Assembly (NCBI GenBank): GCA_025594325.1 | Contig: JANHCV010000001.1 | Location: 2,790,001-2,854,000, forward strand | Length of the DNA: 64,000 nucleotides | Source of the DNA: Blastocladiella emersonii ATCC 22665 | Taxonomy: Eukaryota > Fungi > Blastocladiomycota | Reading direction: 5' to 3' | Shown here: one piece after another, positions 46,408-58,382 of the stretch | Layout of the letters: each line of letters begins with the position of its first letter | How positions within the stretch are numbered: the first letter of the stretch is position 1 | Program-made: the position numbers and the translations under genes | Notes under the pieces: model-generated | Told to the model about the DNA's origin: nothing | The model's input: only the letters and a program-made list of their open reading frames with translations | The model's database searches: none

Positions 46408-48253
46408 TCATCCCCGCACGATCCCGCGGACATCCACGCCGGTGCGGAAATCCCACTCGAGGAGCGCGGGTTCGTGGAGCGCGGCGTAGACGCGGCCGGC
46501 GACCCACTGGACGTTGAAGACGCGTGCGCCCGCCGGGTTGGGCGTCTGGGTGGACGGCGGCGGCGCGGTACGCAGCGTCGCGAGGCGGTCACCCGACGAC
46601 ATGGACCACACGCCGACGGTGGTGTCGTAGCTGCCCGAGACGAGCACGTTGTCGGCGGCCGAGAACTGCACGGTCCGGACGAGGTCCGAGTGGCCGTCGA
46701 TGGCGCGCACCAGGCCCGCGGAGCGCGCTTCGTCGCGGGTAAAGGAGCGCGTGGTGGGTGCGGTTCCGCCGGTGGCGGCGGGTGGTGCAGACAGCTGCAT
46801 GCGGCGGAGGTCCCAGATGCGGATCGACTTGTCGGACGACCCGGTGACGATATACCGTCCGTCGAAGGCGATACACGCGATCCCACGTCCGTGGCCGTCG
46901 ACGGCGGCGATGCACGCGCGGTCCGAGGGGAGGCGGAGGTCCCAGACGCGGAAACTGCGGTCGCCCGAGGCGGAGACGAGGAGGTCGCGGTGGAGCTGGA
47001 CGGCGTTGACGGCGGCAATGTGGCCGACGAGCTCGTCGACGCACTCGCCCGACGTCGCGTCCCACATGCGGATCGTGTTGTCCTTGGAGCACGAGATGAT
47101 GTGGTTGCGCCGCGTGTCCATGCGCAGGTTGAGGACGGCCTCCGTGTGGCCCGCGAGCGTGCACACGGACGTGATCTCGCCCGAGGGCAGCCCGTTGGCG
47201 TCGGGTGGCGGGACTGACCACACGCGGATGGTGCGGTCCGACGACCCCGAGATGAGGTGCGCGCCCGTCTGCTCGAGGCACAGCACCGAGCCCGTGTGGC
47301 CCTGCAGAACTTGTGGGGATTCGCGGTTCTTGATGTCCCAGAGCCGGATCGTGTCTAAACGACGAGCACCGTAACGTTAGATTTGGGCGGACGCGCACGG
47401 TGAATCCACAAAGCGTACTGTCGCGGGATCCCGAGTACATGACGTTTTCGCGAGCCTGGATGCAGTAGATGCCCTCGGCGTGTGCGGCGAAGCGGGTGGC
47501 GACGGGCTGCGGGTCGGCGGCGAGGTTCCGCTCGAGGGCGTGCCGCTGGCGGTAAAAGTACTTCCATGGCAAATTGTCGTGGGTCAGGAGGACACCGCCT
47601 TCATCACCGCCACCCGGTGCTGCTGCTGTTGGTGGTGAGCGGGCGGCGGCGACGGTCGGGGTGGAGGGCACCGATGCGGCGACGAGCTCGCGCATGGTGC
47701 CGCCGCACTCGGGGCGCGGGGCAAAGCGCGTGTGGATCAGGTCGGGCACGTTGAGCTGCCAGTGGCTGCGGTGGTAGAGCTGGCCCCACAGCGACGAGGC
47801 CGAGATGATGCGGTTCCACGTGGTCGAGACGCGCGCGGCGCGGGCGAGGTCCGCCGGGTCGAGCAGCACGAGGATCTGGTGCGCGACCTCGATGGGCAGC
47901 AGCGAGACCACGTCGCACATGAGGCGGCGGCGGCCGTGCTGCACGACGCGCGTGAGCTGCTGGGCCGGGAGCAGGCTAATGTGCGGTGGCGGGGGCGTTA
48001 GTGCGGGCGTGGTACGGGGACAAGCGATAGGCGTACTTGAGGAGCTCGACGAGGACGTCTGGAGGGAACGACGGGCCGAGGTCAGCGGGCGTTTGCAGGG
48101 AGTCGCGGCAGCAGTCGTACCTGCTAGCGCGGTCGGATCAAGCTCCTTTGCGAGCCCGGCAAGGTGGGCGGCGGGTGGTGGCAGGCCGCCGGGGCCGTGA
48201 GACACGGCGGGCGAGGTCGCCGAGGCCGAGTCGAGCGAGTCGGCGTTCCACAT
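46408..48253 (-). CDS. F-box/WD40 protein (beta-TrCP / FWD-1 / FBXW type)
   Basis: F-box LLPIEVAHQILVLLDPADLARAARVSTTWNRII. Seven WD repeats (IYCIQ...YSGSRD, GHTGSVLCL...ISGSSDRTIRVW, LVSGSYDTTVGVW). Confidence 0.88.
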
Positions 48254-50212
48254 GGCGGCGGGTGCGGTGGCGCTGGGTCGATTGCGGGTGCACGGCTATC
48301 CAGAGCGGCCAGGGGCGAGAGCGGGCAGGTGTCGATACGTTGCGTAGAGTGGCGGTGCGTTGCCCGCGGGTGGCGAGCGTGCGATCGGCGGCGGCGGGGC
48401 GCGCGCGGGGCGGGCGGAGCGAAGAGCGAGCGAGCGCGGCGGCGAGCGACGCGACCGGCGAGGCGCGCATCACCTGACCGTACGCCGCGCGTGCATGAGG
48501 CGCGTTGCCTTGCGTGGCGCGGGCCGCACACGCCGCTGGCCATGGCCGCGGGGGGAGGCGGCGTAGGCTCGGGCTCTCTTGCACTCGATGCAACGGGCTC
48601 CAATTCAGCTACAGCAGGCGTAGGTCCGGTCGCCGATGCCGGCGCGTCACGGCACGCCCGACCGCGGCCGCCGCGAGCGCGATGCAGGCGTGGCTGCGCC
48701 ACCACGTGTGGGCTGCGCCCGCGTTCCCGCCGCCTGCGCCCAACGCGCAGCAGCGAGCGTAGCGGCACAACGCGCACAGGTATGTGCACAGGCTTCAGCG
48801 GGCGGCTGGGCGGTGCTGGCCGCGCCGCGGGTGGGCCACGCCGATTGGCCATGACGCCCGAACACGTCACCGGCATGGGGTCCCCGGGGCGCCTGTGCGT
48901 GGGAACGACCGCGATGCCTCCCTCGCCGTGGCCGACGCGACGGGCGGGCGGGCGCGTTCGATCATGGCGCCGGCAGCGCACACAGCGCCCGATCGCGACC
49001 GGCTTGCGCAGCGGGAGCAGCAGTGGCGATCGGCCGGACCGCGGTGGTCGGCGGTCGGCGGTCGGCGCCGGAGAGGAGGTCGGTGGTCAGCGGTGACGCA
49101 CCGGTGACATCACCGCCCGGCCTGCTCCACCGCGCTGCCCCGCTCCGCGCACGCACAGTCGGCCGCGGCCAACGTCGCCGCGCAACACGCTCCCGCGCGC
49201 TGCCGCGCCCCGACCGCTAATACGATGACGTCGCGACCGCCCGCGGCCGCCCTTGCCTGCCGCACTTGAGCCCAGATTCGACGCTGCTTCTAGTCTCCCG
49301 GGCTGCTGCCATCCAACCTCTCCCCTGCCTGCCGCGACGCCTATAACGGCCCTCAAGCTCTCTCGTCACCCACCGCTGCGTCCCTGCAACTCTACGACCC
49401 GCTGCCGCGACCCCCCTCCACCGCTGTTGCCGCCTTCCTCACCGTCTGCTGCTGCTGCGCTGTGGCACCGACTGCTGTGCCACCATCGCCCCGCCACCGC
49501 CCGGTCCGCGCCCCCGCCCCGCGTGGGACCGACTTCATCGCCGCGTGCGCCGGCTTCGCTCGCCGCGCGCCCCGAGGACCGCGCGTGCCGTGGTCGAGCG
49601 GCCGTCCCCGCCGCCCCCGCCGCCCGCGCCGCGGTCCAGAACCGAGTGCCCCGGACTGCGCCGCCGTGGCCGATCGCCCCGTGCCCGCCACGCCCCGCTG
49701 CCCGCCTGCCTCCCACCGCTGCTCCCGCCCCGCCGCGGCCCTCCCGCCTGCCCTGCTGCCGCCCGCCGCTGCCCGCCGCGCGGCCCGACATCCGCGCCCG
49801 GCGCTCCCCCGGCGCATCAGCTTCCCACTCCCCGCATCCCACGCGCGGCACGCACACGCGCCCTCGCGCCCCTCGGCTGCGCTCGCCGCCCGCGCGACGA
49901 CGCTCGCTCGCTCGCCCGCCGATCATCGCGCACGACGCTTCGCCTATCGGGGCTCCCTGCGCAATCGCCTGCCCTGCCCGGAGCCCTTCAAATACCGGGC
50001 TTCCCCCCCCGCTGCGCGTCCCTGCTCCTAACCCGTCCTCTCCCGTCCGCCCCCGCGCATCGTCCTCTTGCGTGTGCGCACGCGTACCCTCAATCAATCG
50101 GCCCATCACCCATACGCGTCGTCCCTCGCGTCCCACGCTACAACGAATCCATCCCTCCATTGCGTCGGCCGCCGACCACCGACCACCGACCACCGTCTGC
50201 TCGAACCCGTTT

Positions 50213-50247
50213 CCCACCCCACCCCACCCCACCCCACCCCACCCACC
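50213..50247. repeat. (CACCC)n pentanucleotide tract upstream of the PTP gene
   Basis: cccaccccaccccaccccaccccaccccaccca read directly. Confidence 0.85.
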
Positions 50248-50319
50248 TCCTTCCCACCCTGGACGCGTCGCACCGCGCCGCGCCACCCACCTCCTCCCAC
50301 GCTCCCCCGCAGTGCGACC

Positions 50320-53300
50320 ATGCCCGTTGCCCTCATGGCCTCGCCCAACGTCTCGCGATCGCCCTACCACGCCGCGGCCACGGCTACGGCCGCTGATGGC
50401 CATGGCCACCACGCCCTCGGTCACGTCGGCCACGGCCACGGCCACGCCGGCCACCTGCCCTCGCGGTCGCCGCCCATCCCCGACTACCGCCTGCCCAGCA
50501 CCCTCGCCACCCCGACCGGCCCGATCCCCGAGATGCAGCCCGACGTGCTCGCCGCCCTGCTCTCGGCCAGACCGCGGTCCTACCCGGGCGCCCTCGAGCT
50601 GCCGCCCTCGGAGCGGTACCCGGTCCTCGTCCTCGACCTGCGCCCGCACTCGGCCTTTCTCGCCGGCCACATTGTCGGCGCCGTCAACCTGTGGTACGCT
50701 TTCTCTCATTGATCGACCACGGTCATGGCCACCGACTCACCCTTGCCCCTCCTCCCCCGAACCCGCTAGCCTGCCGACCACGCTGCTCCGCCGCAAGGGC
50801 TACGACATGGACAAGGTGATCGCCGGCGCGCCCGACGCCGACCGCGCCTCGCTCGCGCGCTGGGACCGCGTCCGCCACATTGTCCTGTACGACGCGACGT
50901 GCCCGCTCGCTGCCACCACCGCCGCGGCCGTGCGCGCCCCCGTCAAGGGCCTCGCCGAGTCGCCCATCCCGCACGTCGCCGCAAAGCTGCACGCCTCGCC
51001 CGCCACGGTCCACTGCCTGTACGGCGGCTACGACGCCTTTGCCCGCGCCTACCCGAAGCTCGCCGTGTGCCCGTCGCCGCCCGCGCCACCAGAAGCCGAC
51101 GCCGCGGTCGCGGCCGCTGCGGCCGACGAGGATGCGGGTGGACCCGTCATTGACGGTCCCGTCACGGCCGCCATCACGCGGCCATCACAGCCACCACGGT
51201 CCACGTCCGTGCCGTCGCTCCAGCTCGGCGGCTCCCTGGCCGCGGCTGCGCGTGGACCAGGACCACCAGCAGCAGCAGCGCACTCGGCGTCGCCCGTGTT
51301 CGCTCGCCGCGACAGCGGCATCCCGCCGCTCACGCTGCCGCCCGGTCTCGGCATCGCCACGGTCCGCCGCGCCATTAACTTCGGCGGCGCGCCGACGTCT
51401 ACCTCGTCGCACATCGTCGCGCCCGGTGGCGCGTCCCCCTCGACGCCCTCGACGGGATCGTCGTCGTCGAGCTCGGGGCTCGGGTCGCCCGCCAAGAGCG
51501 TCCTGAGAATGATGCTGCCGCACCACTCGGTCCACCGCGAGCAGATCCACCCGCACCACCCGCACCACCACCACCACCATCACCACCAGCTCGCCCACCA
51601 GCGCCTGACCGGTGCCGCGCCAGGAGCGCCACCAGCGGCGCCCGTGCCCGCGTCATCGGCCGCGCCGTCGTTTGCGCCCAGCTGCCTCAACGGGCCCATT
51701 GCCCTCCCGCCAAGCGCGGCCCCGGCGCCCACCCAGCAACAGCAGCCACCACAGCAGCAGCAGCAGCAGCCACCACGGCAGCAGCAGTCGTGGCCCGTGC
51801 AGCCCGAGCAGCCCGCGGCGGTGGCGTGTACCGCGGCCGCGGCTCCGCCATCCGGTCCGGGCTTCCTCGCCAAGCGACGACCCGGGACCGCGCCCGTCGC
51901 CACGGGACTCGCCGCGCGCCGCGGGCCGGTGCTGCGGCTCAACCTGGCGCAGGTGAACGCGGCGTGTCCGCCGGTCTTCTCGTTCAAGACGCGGTTCCAG
52001 CTGCTGTCGTCGGTGACGCCGCGCGAGCTGTCGGCGCACGCGCCGCGGTGGCTGCGCGACCTGTTTGCGACGGGCGGGATCATCTCGGAGCTGCAGTCCA
52101 AGTTCCTGAACATCAAGCTGTCGGAGCCGCCGCCGCCGACCAACCTCGTCACGGCCAAGAACCGCTACTACAACGTGTTCCCGTACGAGCACAACCGCGT
52201 GCGGCTCGCGGGCCGGCCGCGCGACCTGAGCCCGGCCGACCAGCGGTCCGACTACATCAACGCCTCGCTCATCACCCCGCCCTACACCACCGACACGTTC
52301 ATCGCCACGCAGGCCCCGCTGCCCGACACCATGGGCGACTTCTGGACCATGGTGTACGGCGAGGACGTGGGCGTCGTCATCAACCTCGCGCCCGAGTCCG
52401 AGATCGCCGCCGACAAGGCCATCAAGTACTGGCCCGAGGCCGGCGAGGTCCAGGTCCTCGACGCCATGCAGGTCCACCACGTGCCCGGCGCGCGCGAGGA
52501 GCGGTTCGAGTACGGCATCATCCGCCGCCACCTCGCCGTGACCCCGCTCGCCGGCTCGGCTGCCGCTGCCGCCGGTGCCGACGCAAGCGCTGCGGCGCCC
52601 GCCAAGCGCGTCGTGCACATCAGCTTCGAGGACTGGGACGACGGCGAGGCGCCGTCCGTCGACAGCGTGCTGTACCTGCTGCGGCTCGTCAACTCGATGC
52701 GGCCCGCCGGGTCGGCGTCGGCGCCGCTCCCGCCCGTCGTCGTGCACTGCTCGGCCGGGTGCGGCCGCACCGGCACCTACATTGCCCTGCACGCCCTGCT
52801 GCAGCTCCTGTCGGGTGCGGCCGCGGGCGCCCGCACGTTCCTGACGCCGCCGACGCTCGCGCGGTCGCCGCCCAGCTGGAGCGGTGCGCCGGCGTCGACT
52901 GGTAGCAGTCCGACCGAGGCCATGGACGTGGACGTGGACCCGTCGGCCGTGGCGCTGGCCGCGCAGCTCGTGGTCGAGGACCCGATCCCGCACCTCGTGC
53001 GCCAGCTCCGCATCCAGCGCATGATGATGGTCCAGAACACCAAGCAGTTCATGTTCATCTACGAGGCGCTGGTCCACCTCGTCCAGACGGCCATGCCCCG
53101 CTGCGTGTTCCCGCCCGCCATCGGACGCGCCGCCGGGTGCGCCGCGTGTATCGACGACGCGGCGGCTGCGGCCGCGGTTGTCGCGCCGCCGCGGTCCTCG
53201 TCGGCCTCGGGGTCGCCCATGACGGGCATCTCGCCCGCCGCCGCCGCCGCGACAATCGAGCCGCCAGCAGCAGCGCCTGCGCCAGCGCTGGTCCCGCCAC

Positions 53301-53695
53301 GGCTCGTCCGCGCCCCGTCCGCCACCACGACGCCTCGGCCGAGCGGCGAGTCGTCCAGCCCGCCAACGACGACGTTCCACCGTCCCGCGCGGCCACCACT
53401 CCGGCTCCCGCCCACGTCGTCGACGGCCAACTCGGCCGCCCTCGCCGCCGCCGCCTCGGTCGCGGCCGGGATCCCGCCCGGGTGGACGACGCACGCGCAC
53501 ATGGGCAGCCACCTGGTGCGGTCGCGGTCGCCGACGCGCGGGATGCTCGGGGAGCCGAGTCCCGGGGCTTCGAGTCCGGCCGCCGCGGCGTGCAGCCCAA
53601 GCGCCGCCGCGACGGTCCGGCCCATGTCCCCGCCGTGCCACCGGCGGCGCGGGTCCAGCCAGCCCATGTTCGTCGCGCTCGTGTCGTCGACGTGA
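50320..53695 (+). CDS. Rhodanese-like + classical protein tyrosine phosphatase (Ptp2/Ptp3/Pyp1-like)
   Basis: VLVLDLRPHSAFLAGHIVGAVNL rhodanese; KNRYYNVFPYEHNRV, DYINAS, IATQAP, VHCSAGCGRTG and QRMMMVQNTKQF. ATG at 50320; intron ~50694-50770. Confidence 0.92.
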
Positions 53696-54181
53696 CGGGT
53701 TCGCGGGTGTGGCGCGGCGCGGGTCGCCGCCGAGTGCACGCGTGTGCAGTGTGGGCCGCCGCCGATGGGGTGGTGCCCAGAGCTCATCTACCCTCCCCCC
53801 TCCCCTTCTACCTATATATCCATGTCTCCCCCTCCTTGCTTGTGTCGACACGCTGGCGGTGGTGGTGCATGGAAGAGGCGAGGCGAGGCGAGGACGCGCG
53901 CGACGCGTTGTGTATACAATAGACTCTCATGAATGGGAAACAATCTTGCGCAAGCGACAGTGATGAATGAAGGACAGAGATACTGCGTGTGTAATTAAGG
54001 GCAAGATAGGCTCATACAGAGTGTTGACGATGATGTGGGGGATATCAAGACACGGAGCGACGCGCGCGCGAGCGAGCGAGTGAACCGCCCGCCGCTTCCA
54101 CGGCAGGAAAGCGAAGGCGCACACCGCACACGGCACGCACGCGCGCGGGCTCCCAAACTTGGAGTCTCGTTGGTGCTGCTT

Positions 54182-55126
54182 TTACTCCTCCTTGGCGGCG
54201 ACGGCCTCGGTGGTCGAGGTGGTGGTGGTGGTGGTCGTGGTGGTCGTCGACGACTCGGAGCTGGACTCGGTGGCAACAGCGGCCGAGGCGCCGGTAGCCG
54301 ACTCGACCTTGGCGTTGATGGTGGCGCGGATCGAGCGGGTCTGCTCGAGGACGAGGCCGAGCTTCTGGTTGGCGACCTCGGCGAGGATGGCGCGCTGGGT
54401 GTCGACGAGCTCGCGGTTGCGGTCGTAGGCGACGGGGACGGCGAAGGCGAGGACGAGGGCGATCAGGACGAGCGTCGACGTCGACAGGTACGTGGCCATG
54501 GTCCAGGCAAAGTACAGGGCGATGAGGGCGAGCGCCGACTGGGCAATGTCCTCGACGAGGACCAGCGCCGCGGCCGTCTTGAGCCCGCGGTTGGCGACCG
54601 TCACGGCGACCGTCGACACGTGGCGGACCTGGTCCTCGGTGATCTCGACGCGCGCCTTGGGCAGCAGCGCGCGCGACGCCGACGGCAGCGGCGCCGCCGT
54701 GCCCATGGCTTTGGCCACCACCTTGGACACGAGCGCGTACGCGAGGTTGAGCAGCACGGCGCCGAAGGCGAGGCCCAGGAAGATGCGCAGCAGGTCGCCC
54801 GAGTAGTAGCGCGCCACCAGCACGCCGACCACGGACCCGGCAAACACGCCGCCCGAGATGACGGGCTTGCGCCACAGCGTCAGGTCGCGCGCCGTCTCGT
54901 AGTAGGGGTTGAGGAGGGTCTCGTCCTCTGCGAGTGCGGAGCAGGCGAGTGCGTTAGCGTCATGCTCTCGATCCAACAAGCGCGCGCGCAGCAACGCGGC
55001 GCAGCGACAACGGAGCGTACCCTTGATGGCGTTCTTCTTGAGCAGGTCGGTGAAGAGGTTGCGGTCCTTGACGGGCTCGTCGGCGGCGACGGCGGGCGCG
55101 GGGGTGTCGTTGATCGTCTCAGCCAT
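54182..55126 (-). CDS. RTN1: Reticulon-like protein
   Basis: DLTLWRKPVISGGVF, two long hydrophobic hairpins, FAVPVAYDRNRELVD. 93-nt intron at 54928-55020. Confidence 0.88.
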   Translation of the reverse strand: MAETINDTPAPAVAADEPVKDRNLFTDLLKKNAIKGTLRCRCAALLRARLLDREHDANALACSALAEDETLLNPYYETARDLTLWRKPVISGGVFAGSVVGVLVARYYSGDLLRIFLGLAFGAVLLNLAYALVSKVVAKAMGTAAPLPSASRALLPKARVEITEDQVRHVSTVAVTVANRGLKTAAALVLVEDIAQSALALIALYFAWTMATYLSTSTLVLIALVLAFAVPVAYDRNRELVDTQRAILAEVANQKLGLVLEQTRSIRATINAKVESATGASAAVATESSSESSTTTTTTTTTTSTTEAVAAKEE

Positions 55127-55739
55127 GGTTGATGCTGTGCGCTTGTGCTACGTTAGATCCGTATGACGAAGCTCTGTTGTTGGCGGCCGGGGAGAGAGAG
55201 AACGGGCGGGCGGGCGAGTGCCACCGACACCGACGCCCACGCGGCCCGCCCGGGGCCAGGAAGCGAGAGCGGCGGCGACTGCGCAGAACGCGGCGGCTTC
55301 CAAACGAGGAACGAGTTTTTCACGCGAACGCGACCTCGCCACCTCTCGTTCCACACGACGGCCTCGCGCGACGCCACGCTGGCAGGGCTTGCAAAACGGG
55401 CGGAACCGATGGCGTCACGCACCGGGTTTAGCTTTTGGCAAGGGTTCTTAGAACCCCTGCTTTTGGGAGCTAAACTCGTTTCATGTCCGACGGCGCCGCG
55501 AGGATCGCGCTAGGAGGATGGTAGACGGGAAACGGGTTTATATATCTTGGCACACCGAAGGTGGGATGGGTAGCGTGGGTGGGTGGGTGAGGGGGTGGGG
55601 TGCGTGTATCGTGAGGGAGGGGAGAGAGGAGGGAAAACTCGGGAGGAGAGGGGGGTAACGGCGACGCGCAACACACGCGTCCTGGAGGGGGAGGGGATAT
55701 ACAAGGCGGATGAGGGAGGGAGAGAGGACGCGCGCGCGG

Positions 55740-57503
55740 TTACTGCGCCGAGGGGAGCGGGGGCACGCCGTATGAGTAGTCGCACTGCGAGGACGCCGAC
55801 GTCGACCATGCCGCCACCGGCGCGTCGTGCTGCGTCGCGGCCGCCGTCGGGGCAAAGTACCCCGCGGCAGACGTGGCCGACGAGGACGTGGCGATCGACG
55901 ACGACGCCATGGTCCACGCCGGCGCCACCGAGTACGCGGCCGCGTCTGTCGAGGCGCTCGACATGCCGATGGCCGACGCCGTCACCGCGCCGCTGAACTG
56001 GTGGTGCTGGTGGTACCCCGCGGCGGCCGTCGCGTACATGGGGAACGACTGCGGCTGCTGCGACTGCTGGACGGGCTGGAACTGGTACGCGGCCGTCGAG
56101 TACGCGTGCTGCTGCTGGGGCGCGTACATGGCCGACGACGACGACGGGAGCATGAACGTGTAGATGCCCTGCTGCTGCTGCTGCCACGCCTGCTGCTGCT
56201 GGTACTGGTACTGGAGCTGCTGCTGCTGGGCGATCTGCTGCGTGTACTGCTGCTGCGAGCCGACCATGGAATGCGCCGGCTGGACCATGGACGCGTACAC
56301 GGGCACAGAACGCTGCTGCTGCATCTGGACGGCACCAAAGTCGGCGACGCGGTGGTGATGGGCAACCATGCCGAGGGCCGACGCGTCGGGCGCCGACATG
56401 AGGGACGTGAGCGCCGTGTCGTTGCCCGTGAGCGACAGCTGCGCCTGCGACGCGAGCATCTGGAGCACCATGGACGGAATGTTGCTGCACGTGCGCGGCC
56501 GGGGGCGGGACGGGCGCGACGACCGCGACACGGAGGCGGCCGTGATCGAGGACCGATCCTGCGGCGGCGTCGGCAGCGAACCGCGCGCGGGCACGGCGGC
56601 AGTGGGGGCAGCAGCGGCCGAGACGGGCGCGACATAGGGCACGTCAAACGAGCCGGGGAGGACGACGGGAGCGGGGGCCTGGACCGACGGCTGCTGCTGG
56701 TCGATGGCGGCGCGGGCCGGGACCGACGCCGCGGCAGGCGCGAACACGAGCGCGGCGGCAGCAGCGAGGGTGCCGAGCCAAGCGGCGAACTGGGCGGCCG
56801 TGACGGACAGGTCCCACTGGAGGAGCGCGAGGTACTCGAACTCCATGACACCGAGGTCGCGCGCCGACATGCCCGAGACGAGCGCCCACGACGCGTTGGC
56901 GTACGTGTTGTCCTCGAGCCACTTGGCCGCCAGGATCAGCGCCACGGTCAGCACGCGCAGCTCGCTGCCCGCCGCCTGCACCGCGTGCCGCATGAGCCCG
57001 CGCAGGCGCGCCACGTACAGCGTGGCCACGAGGATCACGGCGGGCGACAGCCGCGTCGCCGCGAGCATGGTGCGCACCACCGTCACGCCGTCCGTGTACG
57101 CGCGGTCGGCGGCCGCGTCGTGCGCCGCGTCGCCCGTCGACGGGATCGGGACCGGCGCGCCCGCGGCGCGGCCCTGGCGGTGCGCGCGGTGGAGCCGGTC
57201 GAGCGGGTGCTCCGGGACCGAGTGCCACACGGACGAGGCCACGGCCGACGCGAGCGACGCCATCGAGTCGGACGACAGATCGGCAAACTCGCGCGGCACG
57301 CTGACCGTGTTGAGCGTCGGGGTCGCGTCGCTGGCGGCCACGGCCACGACCGAGAGGCGAGCCGGCCGTGGGGTGGGGGTTGGGGCGAGCGAGGACGAGG
57401 TTGGTGGGGTGCCGGCGGGGAACTGCCACCGCGGGCCGGATGTTGTTGTTGATGTGGTGGTGGTGGTGGTGGTGGTGGTGGTGGTGGTGATGGTGGTCGA
57501 CAT
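55740..57503 (-). CDS. Pho85-type (Pcl/Clg1-like) cyclin with poly-Thr N-terminus and Q-rich tail
   Basis: Cyclin box TRLSPAVILVATLYVARL...RVLTVALILAAKWLEDNTYANASWALVSGMSARDLGVMEFEYLALLQWDLSV. Confidence 0.9.
   Translation of the reverse strand: MSTTITTTTTTTTTTTTSTTTSGPRWQFPAGTPPTSSSLAPTPTPRPARLSVVAVAASDATPTLNTVSVPREFADLSSDSMASLASAVASSVWHSVPEHPLDRLHRAHRQGRAAGAPVPIPSTGDAAHDAAADRAYTDGVTVVRTMLAATRLSPAVILVATLYVARLRGLMRHAVQAAGSELRVLTVALILAAKWLEDNTYANASWALVSGMSARDLGVMEFEYLALLQWDLSVTAAQFAAWLGTLAAAAALVFAPAAASVPARAAIDQQQPSVQAPAPVVLPGSFDVPYVAPVSAAAAPTAAVPARGSLPTPPQDRSSITAASVSRSSRPSRPRPRTCSNIPSMVLQMLASQAQLSLTGNDTALTSLMSAPDASALGMVAHHHRVADFGAVQMQQQRSVPVYASMVQPAHSMVGSQQQYTQQIAQQQQLQYQYQQQQAWQQQQQGIYTFMLPSSSSAMYAPQQQHAYSTAAYQFQPVQQSQQPQSFPMYATAAAGYHQHHQFSGAVTASAIGMSSASTDAAAYSVAPAWTMASSSIATSSSATSAAGYFAPTAAATQHDAPVAAWSTSASSQCDYSYGVPPLPSAQ
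57454..57497. repeat. (GGT)n microsatellite encoding the N-terminal poly-Thr of the cyclin
   Basis: GTGGTGGTG... tract read directly, with one interruption. Confidence 0.9.
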
Positions 57504-57608
57504 GGTGGTAAGGTGATGGTGTGATCGGGCAAGTGATCTGAGGCAGACGGGCATGTGGGTGATGGTCAGGCCAGGAACGTTTCAGCGGACCGGGCCGACC
57601 GGGGGGAC

Positions 57609-57624
57609 GCCGGGGGTACTTATA
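57609..57624 (-). promoter_or_regulatory. Proximal TATA-like element TATAAGTACCCCCGGC upstream of the cyclin
   Basis: Exact 16-bp copy also at 58367-58382; lies ~105-120 bp upstream of the ATG. Confidence 0.45.
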
Positions 57625-58366
57625 CGGGACGAAGGCGGGGGACGTACGCAAGGGGGCAATCTAGCGAGAAGGCAGGGTGCAAGGGTGCGGATCAAGCAAA
57701 GCGCGTCTGCGCCCCCAAGATGTGATTTGTCACCGCGGACGGTCGCGAGGACACCGCGAAGAACCGCTTTCCTTCCTTGCGCGGGTGGGCGACGAGGGTG
57801 GGAGCGCGAGGGGGGCTTGGCCTGCGCAGCCGACGGGCGGCGGGGACGCGGCACGCGGATATCCGGCGCGAGGAGCGACAAGGACGCGAGGGGCCGTGGG
57901 CCGCGGTGCGAGACAAGCGCGCGGCGGTGTGCGCAGAGGGGCGATCGGGAAGGCACGATCGGATCGAGTCGACGTGGCACGCCGGGGTGAGGTGGCGGCT
58001 GGTCAACGGCGACGACGACGTGGGCTACGGCCGAAATGCCAACGAGGGAGGGGAGGAAGAGGGGAGGAAGCGGCGCGAATTCGACGGACGAATGAGTCGC
58101 AGGTGCTGCGGTTGGTGGGCGCAGGGGCGTGCGCGCGCGCAGGAAATTGCGTGGGAGCCGCAGGATCGCGGGCGTGCGGTGGGAACGGGAACGGAGGAAG
58201 GCGCCGGCCGCTGCGGCGATCGAGGCAGGCGAGCGAAAGATTGGTGGCCGACGGCTATGGTCGCCGTTGAAAGTAGTGGAGAGGGGGTGCGAGCGGACCC
58301 GACGAGGGCCCGGGCGAGGAGTTGACGAGAGGGAATGAAGTGCTCCTCTCGTCTTCGAAGCGGGGG

Positions 58367-58382
58367 GCCGGGGGTACTTATA
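58367..58382 (-). promoter_or_regulatory. Distal TATA-like element TATAAGTACCCCCGGC upstream of the cyclin
   Basis: Identical to 57609-57624. Confidence 0.4.

Noticed and set aside
49253-50319. N-terminal extension of the 1480-aa PTP ORF
   Set aside because: It starts at TTG and is Pro/Arg-rich filler. The real first exon (ATG 50320) is in another frame and is joined by a canonical intron.
56644-57651. Poly-His ORF overlapping the cyclin
   Set aside because: It is only another reading frame of the (ACC)n poly-Thr microsatellite.
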